51,941 nucleotides of DNA from Octopus bimaculoides (taxonomy: Eukaryota). A program made the position numbers and the translations under genes. The stretch is from the NCBI RefSeq assembly GCF_001194135.2, contig NC_068989.1, positions 45,218,665-45,270,605 on the forward strand. Direction: 5' to 3'. The number at the start of each line of letters is the position of its first letter. The stretch's first letter is position 1. The notes beneath the pieces are model-generated. The model saw only the letters and a list, made by a program, of their open reading frames with translations. It did not search any database and was not told the DNA's origin. Positions 1 to 12,206 of the stretch are shown here, in pieces.

Positions 1-771
1 TATGTTTTTGGTAATTTCTGGTGGGGAGGGTTTGGTCTTGTGCAGCAATTAAAAATACTTCAGTCTCTGCTTTGAGTCCTGAGCTTCTCAACCATTGCTG
101 GGATTTTTCTCTGTCTATTTCATTTGCATTTAGTGTAGCCCAGTATTTACCATGTAGGGGCTTTTCTTGCCATCGTTTTATCATGGTCCGTTGCTGTTCT
201 AGTTTTAGTTTGGATTTCATTTGTTTTATAGCTTTTGTTGTTTCTTCTTCTTCGTCTTCGTATTTGTTAGGTAGTATGATTTCTTGTTTGTATTTGTCAG
301 CTTCCTGAAATACTGAAAACAATTTTTTGTTTTGCTCGTGTTTTGTGGCTATTTGTATTAGTTTTCCTTGCTTCTGGAGTAGTATTTTTTGCAGTCCTGT
401 GGTGGTTATTTTATAATAGTTTTCCAGCTGCATATGACCCCTGCCACCTTCTGTGCGTTGTATATATAGCCTTTCTATGTCAGATTTTGGGTGGTGCATC
501 CTATATCCTGTCATTATTTTTCTTGTTTTCCTGTCTATTTTAGCTAATTCGTTTAGTGTCCATTTAAGGCTATTGTATCTGTAACTTATAACTGGGACAG
601 CTAAAGTGTTAATACCTATTATCTTGTTTTTAGCATTGAGCTCTGTTTTTAGTATTGATCTAACTCGTCTATAGTACTCTTTCTTTATTTTTTCTTTCAT
701 TTGTGTGTGTTGTATCCTATCTAGTTCATTGACTCCTAAATATTTGTATGGCTGGCTTTCGTCTAGTTCTC

Positions 772-772
<1 letters not shown>
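1..772 (-). mobile_element. 5'-truncated R4/Dong-clade non-LTR retrotransposon (end of RT/thumb to start of RLE region), continues off the left edge
   Basis: Manual translation of the - strand gives 257 stop-free codons: RELDESQPYKYLGVNE...INTLAVPVISY...IDRKTRKIMT...HPKSDIERLYIQRTEGGRG...WQEKPLHGKYW...WLRSSGLKAETEVFLIAAQDQTLPTRNYQKH. These motifs are typical of R4/Dong ORFs. It is missing from the ORF track because it has no stop inside the window. Confidence 0.9.
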
Positions 773-855
<83 letters not shown>

Positions 856-870
856 GCATTATTATTATTA
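773..870. repeat. (ATT)n/(TAA)n microsatellite at the 5' junction of the Dong-like element
   Basis: About 28 perfect ATT units followed by degenerate units, directly visible. Confidence 0.97.
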
Positions 871-1089
871 TTTTTATTATATCTGGAATTTAATATGTCC
901 CAATTTTAACAGCTGTTGCCAATCAATGAATTAATTACAATGCATTATATTATATTTTAATTAATACATATAATGTAAGGTGGTATGGAGTCCCAGGTTG
1001 TCTAATTACCATAGATACCCATCACCAGATTGTATTTTTTATGTTAATGCTTTGGTCTCGAGGAAAAGTTTGTGATCCGTGACTTTCAC

Positions 1090-1341
1090 AAGTTTGCTGT
1101 CATCGGTAGGATCGATACGACTAAACCTTCCTTTTTATAGTTGCAAAATGATGGTGGTTAGGAGGATTTCGGATGAACGATATACTGGAAAGAAAAGATT
1201 GATTGCGGTGGTTAACATGGGTCCTGTGTAATAGAAGCAATACAGGTGGTGAGAGGGAACAGAGACGAATAAATCGAGAATGCTTGAGCGTCGGCGGCGA
1301 TATCAACCTTGTCTGTGGAGGAGCGATTCATGTGGCAGTAT

Positions 1342-1389
<48 letters not shown>

Positions 1390-2700
1390 GAGATGGGGGC
1401 GGAAAAAGAAACTGAGAAACAGGGCAGGCAGTCAGGTTGTCCGGATTGAACACCTTTCTGGGATGTTCGTTTGTGTTACGAAACATACAAATATCCAGGT
1501 GTGTATCGATAAAGTTACGTACCTCTCATATAATGGAAGCTCTTTAATAGACTGATACTGTAAGGAAAAACACCGTCCCAGTTATGACAGGAATATTCCA
1601 TTGTTTGTCTTATACAGGATAGCAGTTGTTGACGATTGAAATACTTTATAGCTCTGAAGAAGATGTCTGCTTATTTGATGCAGTTGATGTTATACGTTAA
1701 CGATATACAATCCCCAGGCGTGATTCTCGGTGATGGTAAGCCAAGCATCTGTAGCGACCTTTATTCAGGGCCCTTGTGGGTGCCGTTCATGATTAGGAAT
1801 GCGATATTGTTTTCTTCATGCGCTTAGTGATTACGTTTCATACATTTAAAAGAGACAATATGGGTATGACCATATTAGACGATGTATTTACAACCGCTCT
1901 TGAGGGAGTTTGTGTTAGTTTTATGCAGTGTTGCATGAGAATAACGCTTTTGCTCAGAAGTTTAGGGAAGTAGGTGATATTTGAGGTGACAGGATATAAA
2001 CCATTGATGTAGAAGAGTGGGGTACGAGAAACAAAATTCAGCCTGAAGGCATACCAGTGCTGGTTAGAGAGAGTTCCCTCTGCAGACCACGATCAAATGC
2101 TTTGCTTTCGTCATGTGGATAAACATTTTGTTAGCTTGAAGTCGCCAGAGGTACTTCTACACGTGGTACATATGATTATGCTGTCATGCACATATGGTTG
2201 TGGGATACCATTGCAATTTACTTAGTGTGCAGAGGAGAAAATTAAATACAAATCGGACATAAGATATGAATGTCTCTTTTTTTTTTTTTTGCTCTCATAA
2301 ATATTGTTCACAGAACTATCATTTTTAAAAAGTGAATAAAAAAGAGTATTACGCAGCGTTGGTAACGATCCTTTTGGCAAAGAGCCAAATGGATCACCTG
2401 TAATTTGGAAGGTGGAAAATCTTGCGAAGTGTGTGGTACATAGAGGCAACCTTCACATTTCGGATGTTAGTCTTGCGGCAATCTCGGTGTCGTGTTAAAG
2501 CCGCTCAATTTGAAGGATGAGCGATTTTTTCCTATCCGATGTTGACTGTGTTTGCCTGAACTGCGAGAGCGAATCTACAAATGTACCACTTGGAGATTTA
2601 GAGCTGCAAGTTTTGGTTGTGTGCAAATGTGGTGAGGCTTTCCAAAGAAGTTGATTGCAGTTGTTCACCTAATTGTTTCAAATAAACCAGAGGTGAAGTA
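1090..2700 (-). mobile_element. Ancient, heavily degraded CR1-group (CR1/L2/Crack-like) LINE remnant, interrupted by (GA)n at ~1345-1386
   Basis: The - strand gives SKAFDRG at 2106-2083 (RT motif D.SKAFDRV), 'PLFYINGLYPVTSNI' (resembles LF.IYINDL), and 'FFRAIKYFNRQQLLSCIRQTMEYSCHNWDG' (~1665-1575, resembles RP.MEY.SHIW). Many stops and frameshifts. Confidence 0.5.
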
Positions 2701-3499
2701 AATATACTTTGAAAGAAGATACGTAATATAGAACTAGAAAACCTTCGATTAGTTTGCTGACTTCAGAAACCTTAATTGCTGGGAAGTGAGACATTCGCGT
2801 TGATGTTGATGTGTGGCGGGCGGGTGGTGAAGATAATGCAATGATCAATCGATTCAATAACTCAAAAGTTCCAGGAGCAATGATGATATGTTAGAAGTTG
2901 TTTTAAAGGCATGAAAGAGATCAAGAGTTCTTGACATATTTCTACATCAAACAGAAACAGGAGAGACAAGTCAGATAATGTTTCGGTCTTATAATACGTC
3001 CTCGGCGAAGCATAGACATAACGAGAAGTATTATTCATTATTTCTCTTCCTGCTTCCAGTCATTCGTACTGCAGCCATGGTGTCCTGTGTATCATATCAG
3101 AACCAATAGATTTTTACAGTCAATTTTATTATGTCAGTATCTTGTTCTTGTGGAAGCGATAAATAACGAGGCACACGAGGTATAAAAGAACAAAAAATAT
3201 AACACTGTAAACATGTGAATAAGCAAACATATAACCACCCCTCATACAAAGTACCGAGATGTAAGATCGATCCTAGAACCACGTCGTTACACAACATGCA
3301 TATTTCAGCACAGTATTTTAGTGACAGAAATTTTCCTGCTCTTGTAGGTGAGATGAAAGCAACACAAACAAAAACAAAGAAAGAAGAACAAAGAGTAAAT
3401 AACTTCGGTGAGATTTGAACTTTGGATATACGTTTAAAGTTTTTCTCAGCAGTATAAGTATATTAGACAAAACTTTTGTGCCGACATTCGTTGCATTAG

Positions 3500-3700
3500 A
3501 GCACCTTCACTTCGACGAGACGCAAAGCCGTCGCAGATTAACCGACACATATCACTGGTCCACATTTTCAACTGAATACACTCGAACAACGTGAAATGAT
3601 GTGTCTTGCTGAAGGACACAACGCACCGCTCAGTCAGAGAATCGAAATCATGATACAACGATTGAGAACACAACACTGAAATCACTAGGCGGCGCATGTT
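3500..3700 (-). mobile_element. tRNA-derived SINE, family D (degraded)
   Basis: The reverse complement has a tRNA-like head followed by 'gcgttgtgtccttcagcaagacacatcatttcacg', which matches the copy at 37345-37560. Confidence 0.6.
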
Positions 3701-4029
3701 TACGAAATTTGAATGTAAACTATACTAAGCAAATATATTAATCAACTTTTTATCAGATAATACGAGGCAACAGCTGATGCTCAAAATAAATGCNNNNNNN
3801 NNNNNNNNNNNNNNNNNNNNNNNNNNNNNNNNNNNNNNNNNNNNNNNNNNNNNNNNNNNNNNNNNNNNNNNNNNNNNNNNNNNNNNNNNNNNNNNNNNNN
3901 NNNNNNNNNNNNNNNNNNNNNNNNNNNNNNNNNNNNNNNNNNNNNNNNNNNNNNNNNNNTAACCTCATTATATAATAAATTCAGACATAGCCCTCGCTAA
4001 ATAGTGAAATTAATATTTGGAGAGACAAA

Positions 4030-4250
4030 GGTGGTAAGCTGGCAAAATCGTTAACATGCCGGTTAAATTGCTTGGCGGCGTTTCGTCCACCATTACGTTC
4101 TGAGTTCAAATTCCGGTGCGGTTGGCTTTACCTTTCATTCCTTTGAGAACGATAAAATAAGTACCAGTTGAGTACTGGGGGCGATTTAAAATACTTAGCC
4201 CCTTCCAACCCTCCAAAATCTGCTGGCCTTGTGACAAAATTTGAAACCAA
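4030..4250 (+). mobile_element. tRNA-derived SINE, family A
   Basis: Head ggtggtaagctggcaaaatcgtt, B-box-like gagttcaaattcc, core 'cctttcattcctttgagaacgataaaataagtaccag', end ggccttgtgacaaaatttgaaacc. About 9 homologous copies in the window. Confidence 0.85.
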
Positions 4251-4354
4251 TACCTGGATAGACACATTCATGTCTATACAGATACATACCCTATTGGGTC
4301 ATCCCATAAATAATGCATTTTTTAATACTTCTTTTATTTTTCAAAATTAAGATA

Positions 4355-4770
4355 AACAATGTTCTTTTTTCATCTAAAATATAATCTCCTTCATTTTCTA
4401 CCATACACTTCCATTTATCTGGAAGACTTGCAACGCCCCTCTTCTAAAATTCACTTGTCCATGACGGAAAATACTATACTCCTCCATAACTATTCTGACC
4501 TCGTCTACATAATTCATATTTTTCCATCCAAATGATTTTGAAGACTGCAGAATAATTGATAATCAGATGGTGCAATGTCAAGCGGATATGATGGGTGGGG
4601 CATCATTTCCCATTCAAACTGCTCCAGCCTTTCGAGTGTCATCTTCGCTGCATGCAGCCGAGCATTATCCGGATGGAATAACATATTTCGTCTTCAAACC
4701 AAAGATGATCGTTTTCCTTCTAGCGCTGACTTAAGCCGCTCTAGCTGCTCGCAGATCTTCTGTTATCGTT
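4355..4770 (-). mobile_element. Mariner (DD34D-type) transposase C-terminal fragment, pseudogenised
   Basis: The - strand gives LFHPDNARLHAAKMTLERLEQFEWEMMPHPSYPLDIAPSDYQLFCSLQNHLDGK...LPDKWKCMVENEGDYI, i.e. degenerate HDNARPH and YSPDLAPSD motifs. Confidence 0.85.
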
Positions 4771-5359
4771 TGGTTTGGGTTTAAATGTTTATAGTGGACT
4801 AAACATTTCATATCCCACCAAACAGATGACAACACTTTTCGTGGGTGAAGACCTTCTTTCGCCTGGTGTGTCGGTGTTTCTCCTTTCCATACCCACTGTC
4901 TCGGCGCTTGACATTTTTACAGAGAATCTACTTCTCATCACCAGTCACTATTCGGTCCGAAAAATGTTCATTCGTGAGACTTAACAGCAAAGAAGAGCAC
5001 ACATTCACATTCTGCGCGCGATTAGACTCGGAAAGTTTGTGAGGAACCCATTGACTCAATATACTAACTTTTCCGATGGCGCGCAGGGGTAATGAATGGT
5101 TGAATGATTCTTAACCTCTTAATAGCAATGCGAGCTCAAAAGGGGGTGATAAACATAAATGACAGTGTATGGTGGACACAGTGTTTAGAAATGTCGGAAT
5201 GTTTCTCAGTCATCTAAAACAGTTGAATATTTTAGTATATAATTATATTTAAAATATTTATGAATACTTTAGATTTTTGAATATCTAAAATATTTAAACC
5301 AAATACAATACAGTACAATATAGACATTTTCAGAAATGTTTACTGTGAAATGTAGTGTT

Positions 5360-5822
5360 ATCATCATCATCATCATCATCGCGGTCGTTATCATCATTTT
5401 AACGTCCACTTTTCAGTACTTGCATGGGTAGGGCGGAATTTGTTGAGGCGTACTTTCGTACGTCAGGATGCCCTTCCCGTCGCCAACGGTCACCTTTTTC
5501 TAGTCAGGTTATATTCCGCTATAGCCAGACATGTCTTTACGGACGATTGAAAATGAAACGTAGGGCACTGCCTGCATGATGGTGACAGCCATTTATAACA
5601 ATCCCCCCAAGTCAAGCCAAGCAGGCAGTAAAGCACTCACACGCACGCACACATGCACACATACATACACATACATACACATACAGTTTTCGTCTACCAA
5701 ATCCACTCACAAGGCTTTGATTGATCCAGAGGTATAGCAAAATATACTTGCCAAGCAATGCAAACGATTGAAACCAGAACCATGTAGTTGAGAAGCAAAC
5801 TTTTTACAATACAGCTACGCCT
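5360..5822 (-). mobile_element. SINE with family-B head, internal (CA/TACA) microsatellite and an RTE-type 3' tail ending in (TGA)n
   Basis: 5690-5822 is a diverged family-B head. 5395-5640 contains ggatgcccttcccgtcgccaac, a motif typical of RTE-related 3' ends. A (CAT)n tail lies at ~5360-5381. Confidence 0.7.
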
Positions 5823-6652
5823 CGGTTGATATTATAGCATGTGTCATTGTCAGTCATTATTTTAAGGAGAGAGAGAGAAAAAGAGAGAGAGAGAGAGCGA
5901 GAGCGAGAATGAAAGAAAGAGAGACAGAGAGAGAGAAATGCCCGCTGTCAAATAAGACAGCGTCAGATCAGCGACGTGAAAATGCTTGCACCAAAATATC
6001 TCATACCCGAGTTTATTTACTTGTTTGTGCACATGTGCGTGTGTATGTGTGTATATATGCAAGTATCTGTATGTATGCATGTAATTGTGTGTATGTGTGT
6101 CTGTGCGTGTGTGTAGATGCTAGCATAATTTTCATTTTTGCTTAGTTATTTTAGGTTACATATTTTTTATAACTGAAATTTAATGTATTTCTTTGATGTT
6201 AATGTTAATAATTTACCATAATACATATATCTGTTTGAATGTCATGGTTGGTGATTTTCATAATAGTTGACGTCCCGAACTACAAATCGCTCGACACAAA
6301 ATTTATATCTGGGAGCAGTAAACCTTTTACATGTTTATAATTCGCTGTGGTTTATTATGCGAAAAGCAGATGCAAGGCGAACTGTCACTACTAAAGTAGG
6401 TAATTGTGTGTGAAATTTAAAGAAATATTCAGAATAATCTACCTGGTTAAGTTTACTCTCTCACTTGGTGTGTTACGTATTAGTGATGTATCTACAAAAT
6501 GACAGGTACATTGAAATCAGTCTTGCTAAGGCTGTCTCGTTATGAATGCGTGTCGCATACGTTCGGGAAATACACAGTCGGAACATAAAAGTGAATGGAT
6601 CCACTGCCGGTTTCGACTTTGATTATTCTACTAATTACAACTACTACAATTG

Positions 6653-6855
6653 TAGCACTTCGGACAAAATGCCCAGCGGTATTCTGCCGGCTGTTAACGT
6701 TCTACGTCTAAATTCTGCCGAAGTCGACTTTGCCTTACATTCTTTCAAGGCAGATAAAATAAGTAGCAGCTGAAGACAGTGGTCGATGTAATCAACTACC
6801 TCACCTTCTCCAAAATTTCGAACTTTTTGCCTATAGTAGAAACGATTATTATTAT
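6653..6855 (+). mobile_element. SINE family A, 5'-eroded
   Basis: gtcgactttgccttacattctttcaaggcagataaaataagtagcag...ggtcgatgtaatc matches the other family-A copies. Confidence 0.75.
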
Positions 6856-6959
6856 TCTTTGTAACTCAGGTTTTGTTGGAACACCTGGAGTCTTGCATGT
6901 GTAGTGGGCTTGCTGCCAGTAGCCAACGGTACCATGCTATTTCTTCTTTTCAACTATCT

Positions 6960-7425
6960 CATACTTTCCTGATTATTCTGGCCAGAGAGCAGCACACGCC
7001 ATCAAAGTGACACTGGGGTCCAAATATACGAAGCCCAATATACCCATCATGACTACACTCTGATAAGGGTACACTAGGCACATGCGTCACAACTATATGT
7101 GTACGACATGGTAATCTTATATCAAGACAACCAGCGCATGACCTTCCCCGTGGGGCCTAGTTAAAATTTTCTTCGCGTCCTGCAGCCCATCACGCTCAAA
7201 TAGCTATGATGCTCCCCCACTACTCCTGCTCCTGATCAGATATACACATACCATCAATCATTAAAGTACATACTCGAACAACTGACATGCAAACGTTTGT
7301 ATTAAACAGAATATTTGCTGTAGCCCATGTTTTACTCTAAGACAAAACATGTACATGTTAGTTAATGCTTTCAATCAGTTAAGGTCAGAAGCCATAAGAG
7401 CCACTGCTTGGTATCGCTCCAGGGC
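6960..7425 (+). mobile_element. Unclassified interspersed-repeat-like segment ending in a (TAC)n tail, possibly a LINE 3' UTR
   Basis: Non-coding and runs straight into the (TAC)n/(GCT)n tract at 7425-7610. It resembles a recurrent octopus repeat from memory only, and there is just one copy in this window. Confidence 0.35.
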
Positions 7426-7448
7426 ATTACTACTACTACTACTACTAT

Positions 7449-7511
<63 letters not shown>

Positions 7512-7576
7512 CGCCTCTACCACCGCTGCCGCCGCTGCTGCTGGTGCTGTCGCTGCTGCTACTGTTGCTGCTGCTG

Positions 7577-7609
<33 letters not shown>

Positions 7610-7610
7610 T
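7425..7610. repeat. Compound (TAC)n/(GCT)n microsatellite
   Basis: Directly visible. It explains the poly-L, poly-T and poly-S ORFs here. Confidence 0.95.
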
Positions 7611-7614
7611 GAAA

Positions 7615-7880
7615 GCGGCGATCTGGCAGAATCGTTAGCACGCTGGGCAAAACGCTTAGCGGCATTTCGTCCATCCTTACGTTCTGAGTTCAGATTCTGT
7701 CATATTCGACTTTGCCTTTCAGAGTCGATAAAATGAATACCAGTGGAACAATGGAGTCGATAAAATCGATTAACCCCTACCCACGAAATTACTGGCCTTC
7801 TTCCAAAATTTGAAACCGTTGAAGCCTGCGAGCTGGCAGAATCCATAATCATTAGCACGCCGGACAAAATGCTTAGCACT
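7615..7880 (+). mobile_element. SINE family A full copy (7615-7817) plus a second head fragment (~7826-7880)
   Basis: gcggcgatctggcagaatcgttagcacg...ttgaaacc, then gcgagctggcagaatcc...gcacgccggacaaaatgcttagc. Confidence 0.8.
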
Positions 7881-8063
7881 GGCGTCGATACCAGGGTATA
7901 GCATTTATCCGTGACCAGAAGGAAGGTGAACAACATATAGTTTCTGTTGAATTAAAATCACTCTTCGGTATGTGGGTTTGACTGGAGCAGTAATTAGGTT
8001 GTAGGTTGGGGTGTACTATAAAGTTGTTTTGGAGAAATTTTTATTGATTAAATTGAGAGTTAT

Positions 8064-8530
8064 GTTACTCTTTTACTCTTTTACTCTTTTACTTGTTTCA
8101 GTCATTTGACTGTGGCCATGCTGGAGCACCACCTTTAGTCGAGCAAATCGAGCCCAGGACTTATTCTTTGTAAGCCTAGTACTTATTCTATCGGTCTCTT
8201 TTGCCGAACCGCTAAGTTACGGGGACGTAAACACACCAGCATCGGTTGTCAAGCGATGTTGGGGGGACAAACACAGACACGCAAACATATACACACACAT
8301 ACATATATATACATATATGCGACAGGCCTCCTTCAGCCTCCGTCCACCAAATCCACTCACAAGGCTTTGGTCGGCCCGAGGCTATAGTAGAAGACATTTG
8401 CCCAAGGTGCCACGCAGTGGGACTGNNNNNNNNNNAGAAGACATTTGCCCAAGGTGCCACGCAGTGGGACTGAACCCGGAACCATGTGGTTGGTAAGCAG
8501 GCTACTTACCACACAGCCACTCCTGCGCCT
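8064..8530 (-). mobile_element. SINE family B (tRNA head + CORE-like block + internal microsatellite + 3' module + (TAAAAGAG)n tail), near full length
   Basis: The reverse complement starts ggcgcaggagtggctgtgtgg (A box) ...gggttcagtccc (B box) ...ccttgggcaaatgtcttctactatagcctcggg and ends tgactgaaacaagtaaaagagtaaaagag. It is collinear with the copies at 19112, 31064, 32146 and 44735. Confidence 0.92.
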
Positions 8531-8871
8531 ATGTTGGACTTTGTAAGCAGGTGTGTGCCTCCTTCACGTCATAGGATTGGTTTTTAGTGGTTCACAAAAA
8601 TGTAGTAGGTAGGTATAAGACGTGCCAGTATTTTTAATTACTTTTGGTTTTCTTAGATTTAATAATTTGCTTTGACAATGTAAAGGTAAAATATTTGAAG
8701 CCTTAGTATTTGGGTGAGCCAGCTTTTTTGTAATGGAAAGGATGCACAAAAAAAGTATGTGCGTAGCTCTGTATGTTTGCATACATGTACGTATACATAC
8801 ATACATGCATGCCTACATATACAGATGCATATATATGCATATATATATACACATGCATGCATACGCGCATA

Positions 8872-9620
8872 CAGAGAATAAATATGGACAACTGCTTCGA
8901 AACCTTCAGTTTGCGTACCCAGATTATACATTCATATGTTCCATTGTTGGCACTCCGTCGCTTACGACGTCTAGGGTTCCAGTTGATCCAATCAACGGAA
9001 CAGCCTGCTCGTGAAATTAACGTGCAAGTGGCTGAGCACTCCACAGACACGTGTACCCTTAACGTAGTTCTCGGGGATATTCAGCGTGAAACAGTGTGAT
9101 AAGGCTGACCCTTTGAATTACAGACACAACAGAAACAGGAAGTAAGAGTGAGAGAAAGTTGTGGTGAAAGAGTACAGCAGGGTGCGCCACCATCCCCTGC
9201 CGGAGCCTCACGGAGCTTTAGGTGTTTTCACTCAATAAACACTCACAACGCCCGGTCTGGGAATCAAAACCGCGACCCTATGACCGTGAGTCTGCTGTCC
9301 TTACCACTGTGCCATTGCGCCTCCACATTCATATGTATAGTAATAATAATTTGTGCACTTAGTTTTTTTTATTAAATGCTCAAGTGACAATGTGCACAAG
9401 CTAGGGGTTTTCAGAAAAAAGAAATTGACCATCTAATATGCTTATTACAAATACAGTCTATAAGCAGAGCAATAAAAATATGCAAGATTTTTCTCAAGGT
9501 CAAAATGTGACATTGTTTTGTTATCTACATTCCAACGATGAAGCTTTATATATTTGTTAGAAACCGACTTCTTCCTTACAAGAAGACTTCAAATAATTGA
9601 AAATAGGAAACAACATACAT
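8872..9620 (+). mobile_element. 3' fragment of a second R4-clade (RLE) LINE family, copy 1, interrupted by a SINE at 8940-9324
   Basis: Before the SINE it reads ENKYGQLLRNLQFAYPDYTF. After the SINE it reads FICIVIIICAL...HKLGVFRKKEIDHLICLLQIQSISRAIKICKIFLK*. Both the peptide and the 3' UTR (ttgttagaaacc..cttc...aacatacat) are homologous to copy 2. Confidence 0.75.
8940..9324 (-). mobile_element. tRNA-derived SINE, family C, full length with 12-bp TSD
   Basis: TSD acattcatatgt at 8928-8939 and 9325-9336. Head ggaggcgcaatggcacagtgg; end gtcgtaagcgacggagtgccaac. Confidence 0.93.
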
Positions 9621-10500
9621 AAACACGAAAACTTGAAGAAGATAGTATGATTGACATGAAACGAAGCCTCTTTTGGGCTCTTGATCTCTACATTACATCA
9701 CACTTCGAAGGCTATGCATTTGCAATGCAAGAACAGGAGATTGCTACTAAATACCTAATCAACAAGAAATACAATGAAGCCTTTCGAGTTCCAAGATGCA
9801 ACCGTAAATGTAGATTATCTCATATTTCTTTCGACGACATCACACATGTGATTAGCAGCTGCCTTCAAAAGTCATCAAGTTACTACCGCTCTACGTGACT
9901 TGGCTTTGTCGCAAAAACAATATACAATGCTATTCGGAAAAAAAGATAATCCTGGAATAAATATAGAGTCCTCCTGTTATTGAATACGTACAAAAATATC
10001 AACACAACGAATACTGCTGGAACATTTCCATCAAAACACCTGTCAAGTGTAAATATAACAGGCTAGACATTGTTGTTTCGGAGATACAAGAGAACGTATG
10101 TAGCGTCATAGAGGTCAGCTCTCCAGCTGATGTGAATATCTCTTTGAAAATCAAAGAGGAAGATAACTATGGACAACTGCATCGAAAGATCCAGATTTTG
10201 AATCCGAATTACAAATTTACATTTATAACAGTAATAATTGGAGCTCTTGGTTTTGTAAGTAAATGCGTAACTGTCAGTCTTGATAAGCTTGGGTTTTTAG
10301 AAGATGAAATCTACCAACTGATTCGCACATTACAAATACAATCTGTAAGCAGAACAGTAATACTTTGCAAGACTTTTCTCAGTTTGAAGATGTGATATTT
10401 TCTTCGTTATCTACTAGGGAGCTTTGTTTCTTTGTTAGAAACCAGCTCCTTCCTCTGAAGAAGAATTTTAAATGATTAAAAACAGAACAAACATGCATAT
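9620..10500 (+). mobile_element. 3' fragment of the second R4-clade LINE family, copy 2 (zinc knuckle + restriction-like endonuclease), pseudogenised
   Basis: EGYAFAMQEQEIATKYL...RKCRLSHISFDDITHVISSC (CCHC-like knuckle), WNISIKTPVKCKYNRLDIVV...VIEVSSPADVNISLKIKEEDNYGQL...FTFITVIIGALG (PD-(D/E)xK region). Several frameshifts. Confidence 0.85.
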
Positions 10501-11282
10501 TTACACATATACAGACATATAGAATTATCTGTGCTTATATACATACAGCATACATACCAATGGACTATACTGCGTCAAAATACATAAAATTATAACTACG
10601 TACCTACCTACGTACATACCTACTTACCTAAATACATATATACATACCGGATAAGACGTTCACTGTTCTACAATAGATATGCATACATCTATGATTATGT
10701 GCAAAAATATGAATAGACGCTCGTATATAAGCAATATACTAAATCTCTCACATATTCACACATCTTTGGAATTATATTAAGCAAAAATGTCATGTCACTC
10801 CATGAGCGACTGGTTCGATTACTGCCAAATGCTTACATAAATCTCGAAGAAAAACCGCTTATATACACTCATATACTGACACATACATGCATAATACATA
10901 CAAACATGAAAATATACATACGTGCGTACATACATACATATATACATATATTCATACGTACATACCTACATACATTACCCATACATACATACACAAAGAA
11001 ACATATAGCTAGAGACGTCATTAGCAAGCTAGCATGGCTTACGCTAAGTATTTTAAGTTCCTGTGTGGTCAAGCGCACAGAGTAAACACACTCTCAATCC
11101 CGACCTTGAAGCAGTGGAACTGCCACAATTTGACATTCAGAGGGAGAATGCTCTGCTCCAGTTATCGGCTGGTATTCATTTCAGTTGAGCGCGCACAAAG
11201 ATATGCGCACATTCATGTAGTTATGCAAACATACATAGATACACACCTACTGATACATATACGTTAACGTACTCAAAACTCG

Positions 11283-11284
11283 TA

Positions 11285-11348
<64 letters not shown>

Positions 11349-12159
11349 NNNNNNNNNNNNNNNNNNNNNNNNNNNNNNNNNNNNNNNNNNNNNNNNNNNN
11401 NNNNNNNNNNNNNNNNNNNNNNNNNNNNNNNNNNNNNNNNNNNNNNNNNNNNNNNNNNNNNNNNNNNNNNNNNNNNNNNNNNNNNNNNNNNNNNNNNNNN
11501 NNNNNNNNNNNNNNNNNNNNNNNNNNNNNNNNNNNNNNNNNNNNNNNNNNNNNNNNNNNNNNNNNNNNNNNNNNNNNNNNNNNNNNNNNNNNNNNNNNNN
11601 NNNNNNNNNNNNNNNNNNNNNNNNNNNNNNNNNNNNNNNNNNNNNNNNNNNNNNNNNNNNNNNNNNNNNNNNNNNNNNNNNNNNNNNNNNNNNNNNNNNN
11701 NNNNNNNNNNNNNNNNNNNNNNNNNNNNNNNNNNNNNNNNNNNNNNNNNNNNNNNNNNNNNNNNNNNNNNNNNNNNNNNNNNNNNNNNNNNNNNNNNNNN
11801 NNNNNNNNNNNNNNNNNNNNNNNNNNNNNNNNNNNNNNNNNNNNNNNNNNNNNNNNNNNNNNNNNNNNNNNNNNNNNNNNNNNNNNNNNNNNNNNNNNNN
11901 NNNNNNNNNNNNNNNNNNNNNNNNNNNNNNNNNNNNNNNNNNNNNNNNNNNNNNNNNNNNNNNNNNNNNNNNNNNNNNNNNNNNNNNNNNNNNNNNNNNN
12001 NNNNNNNNNNNNNNNNNNNNNNNNNNNNNNNNNNNNNNNNNNNNNNNNNNNNNNNNNNNNNNNNNNNNNNNNNNNNNNNNNNNNNNNNNNNNNNNNNNNN
12101 NNNNNNNNNNNNNNNNNNNNNNNNNNNNNNNNNNNNNNNNNNNNNNNNNNNNNNNNNNN

Positions 12160-12206
<47 letters not shown>

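Noticed and set aside
6357-6405. ATG...AG|GTAATT, possible first exon MRKADARRTVTTKV
   Set aside because: Only 14 codons, no recognisable homology and no downstream exon. Such matches are expected by chance in 52 kb.
8389-8472. 37-bp direct duplication inside SINE B (similar case at 27850-27945)
   Set aside because: The copies flank a 10-N gap exactly, which is typical of unmerged contig overlap.
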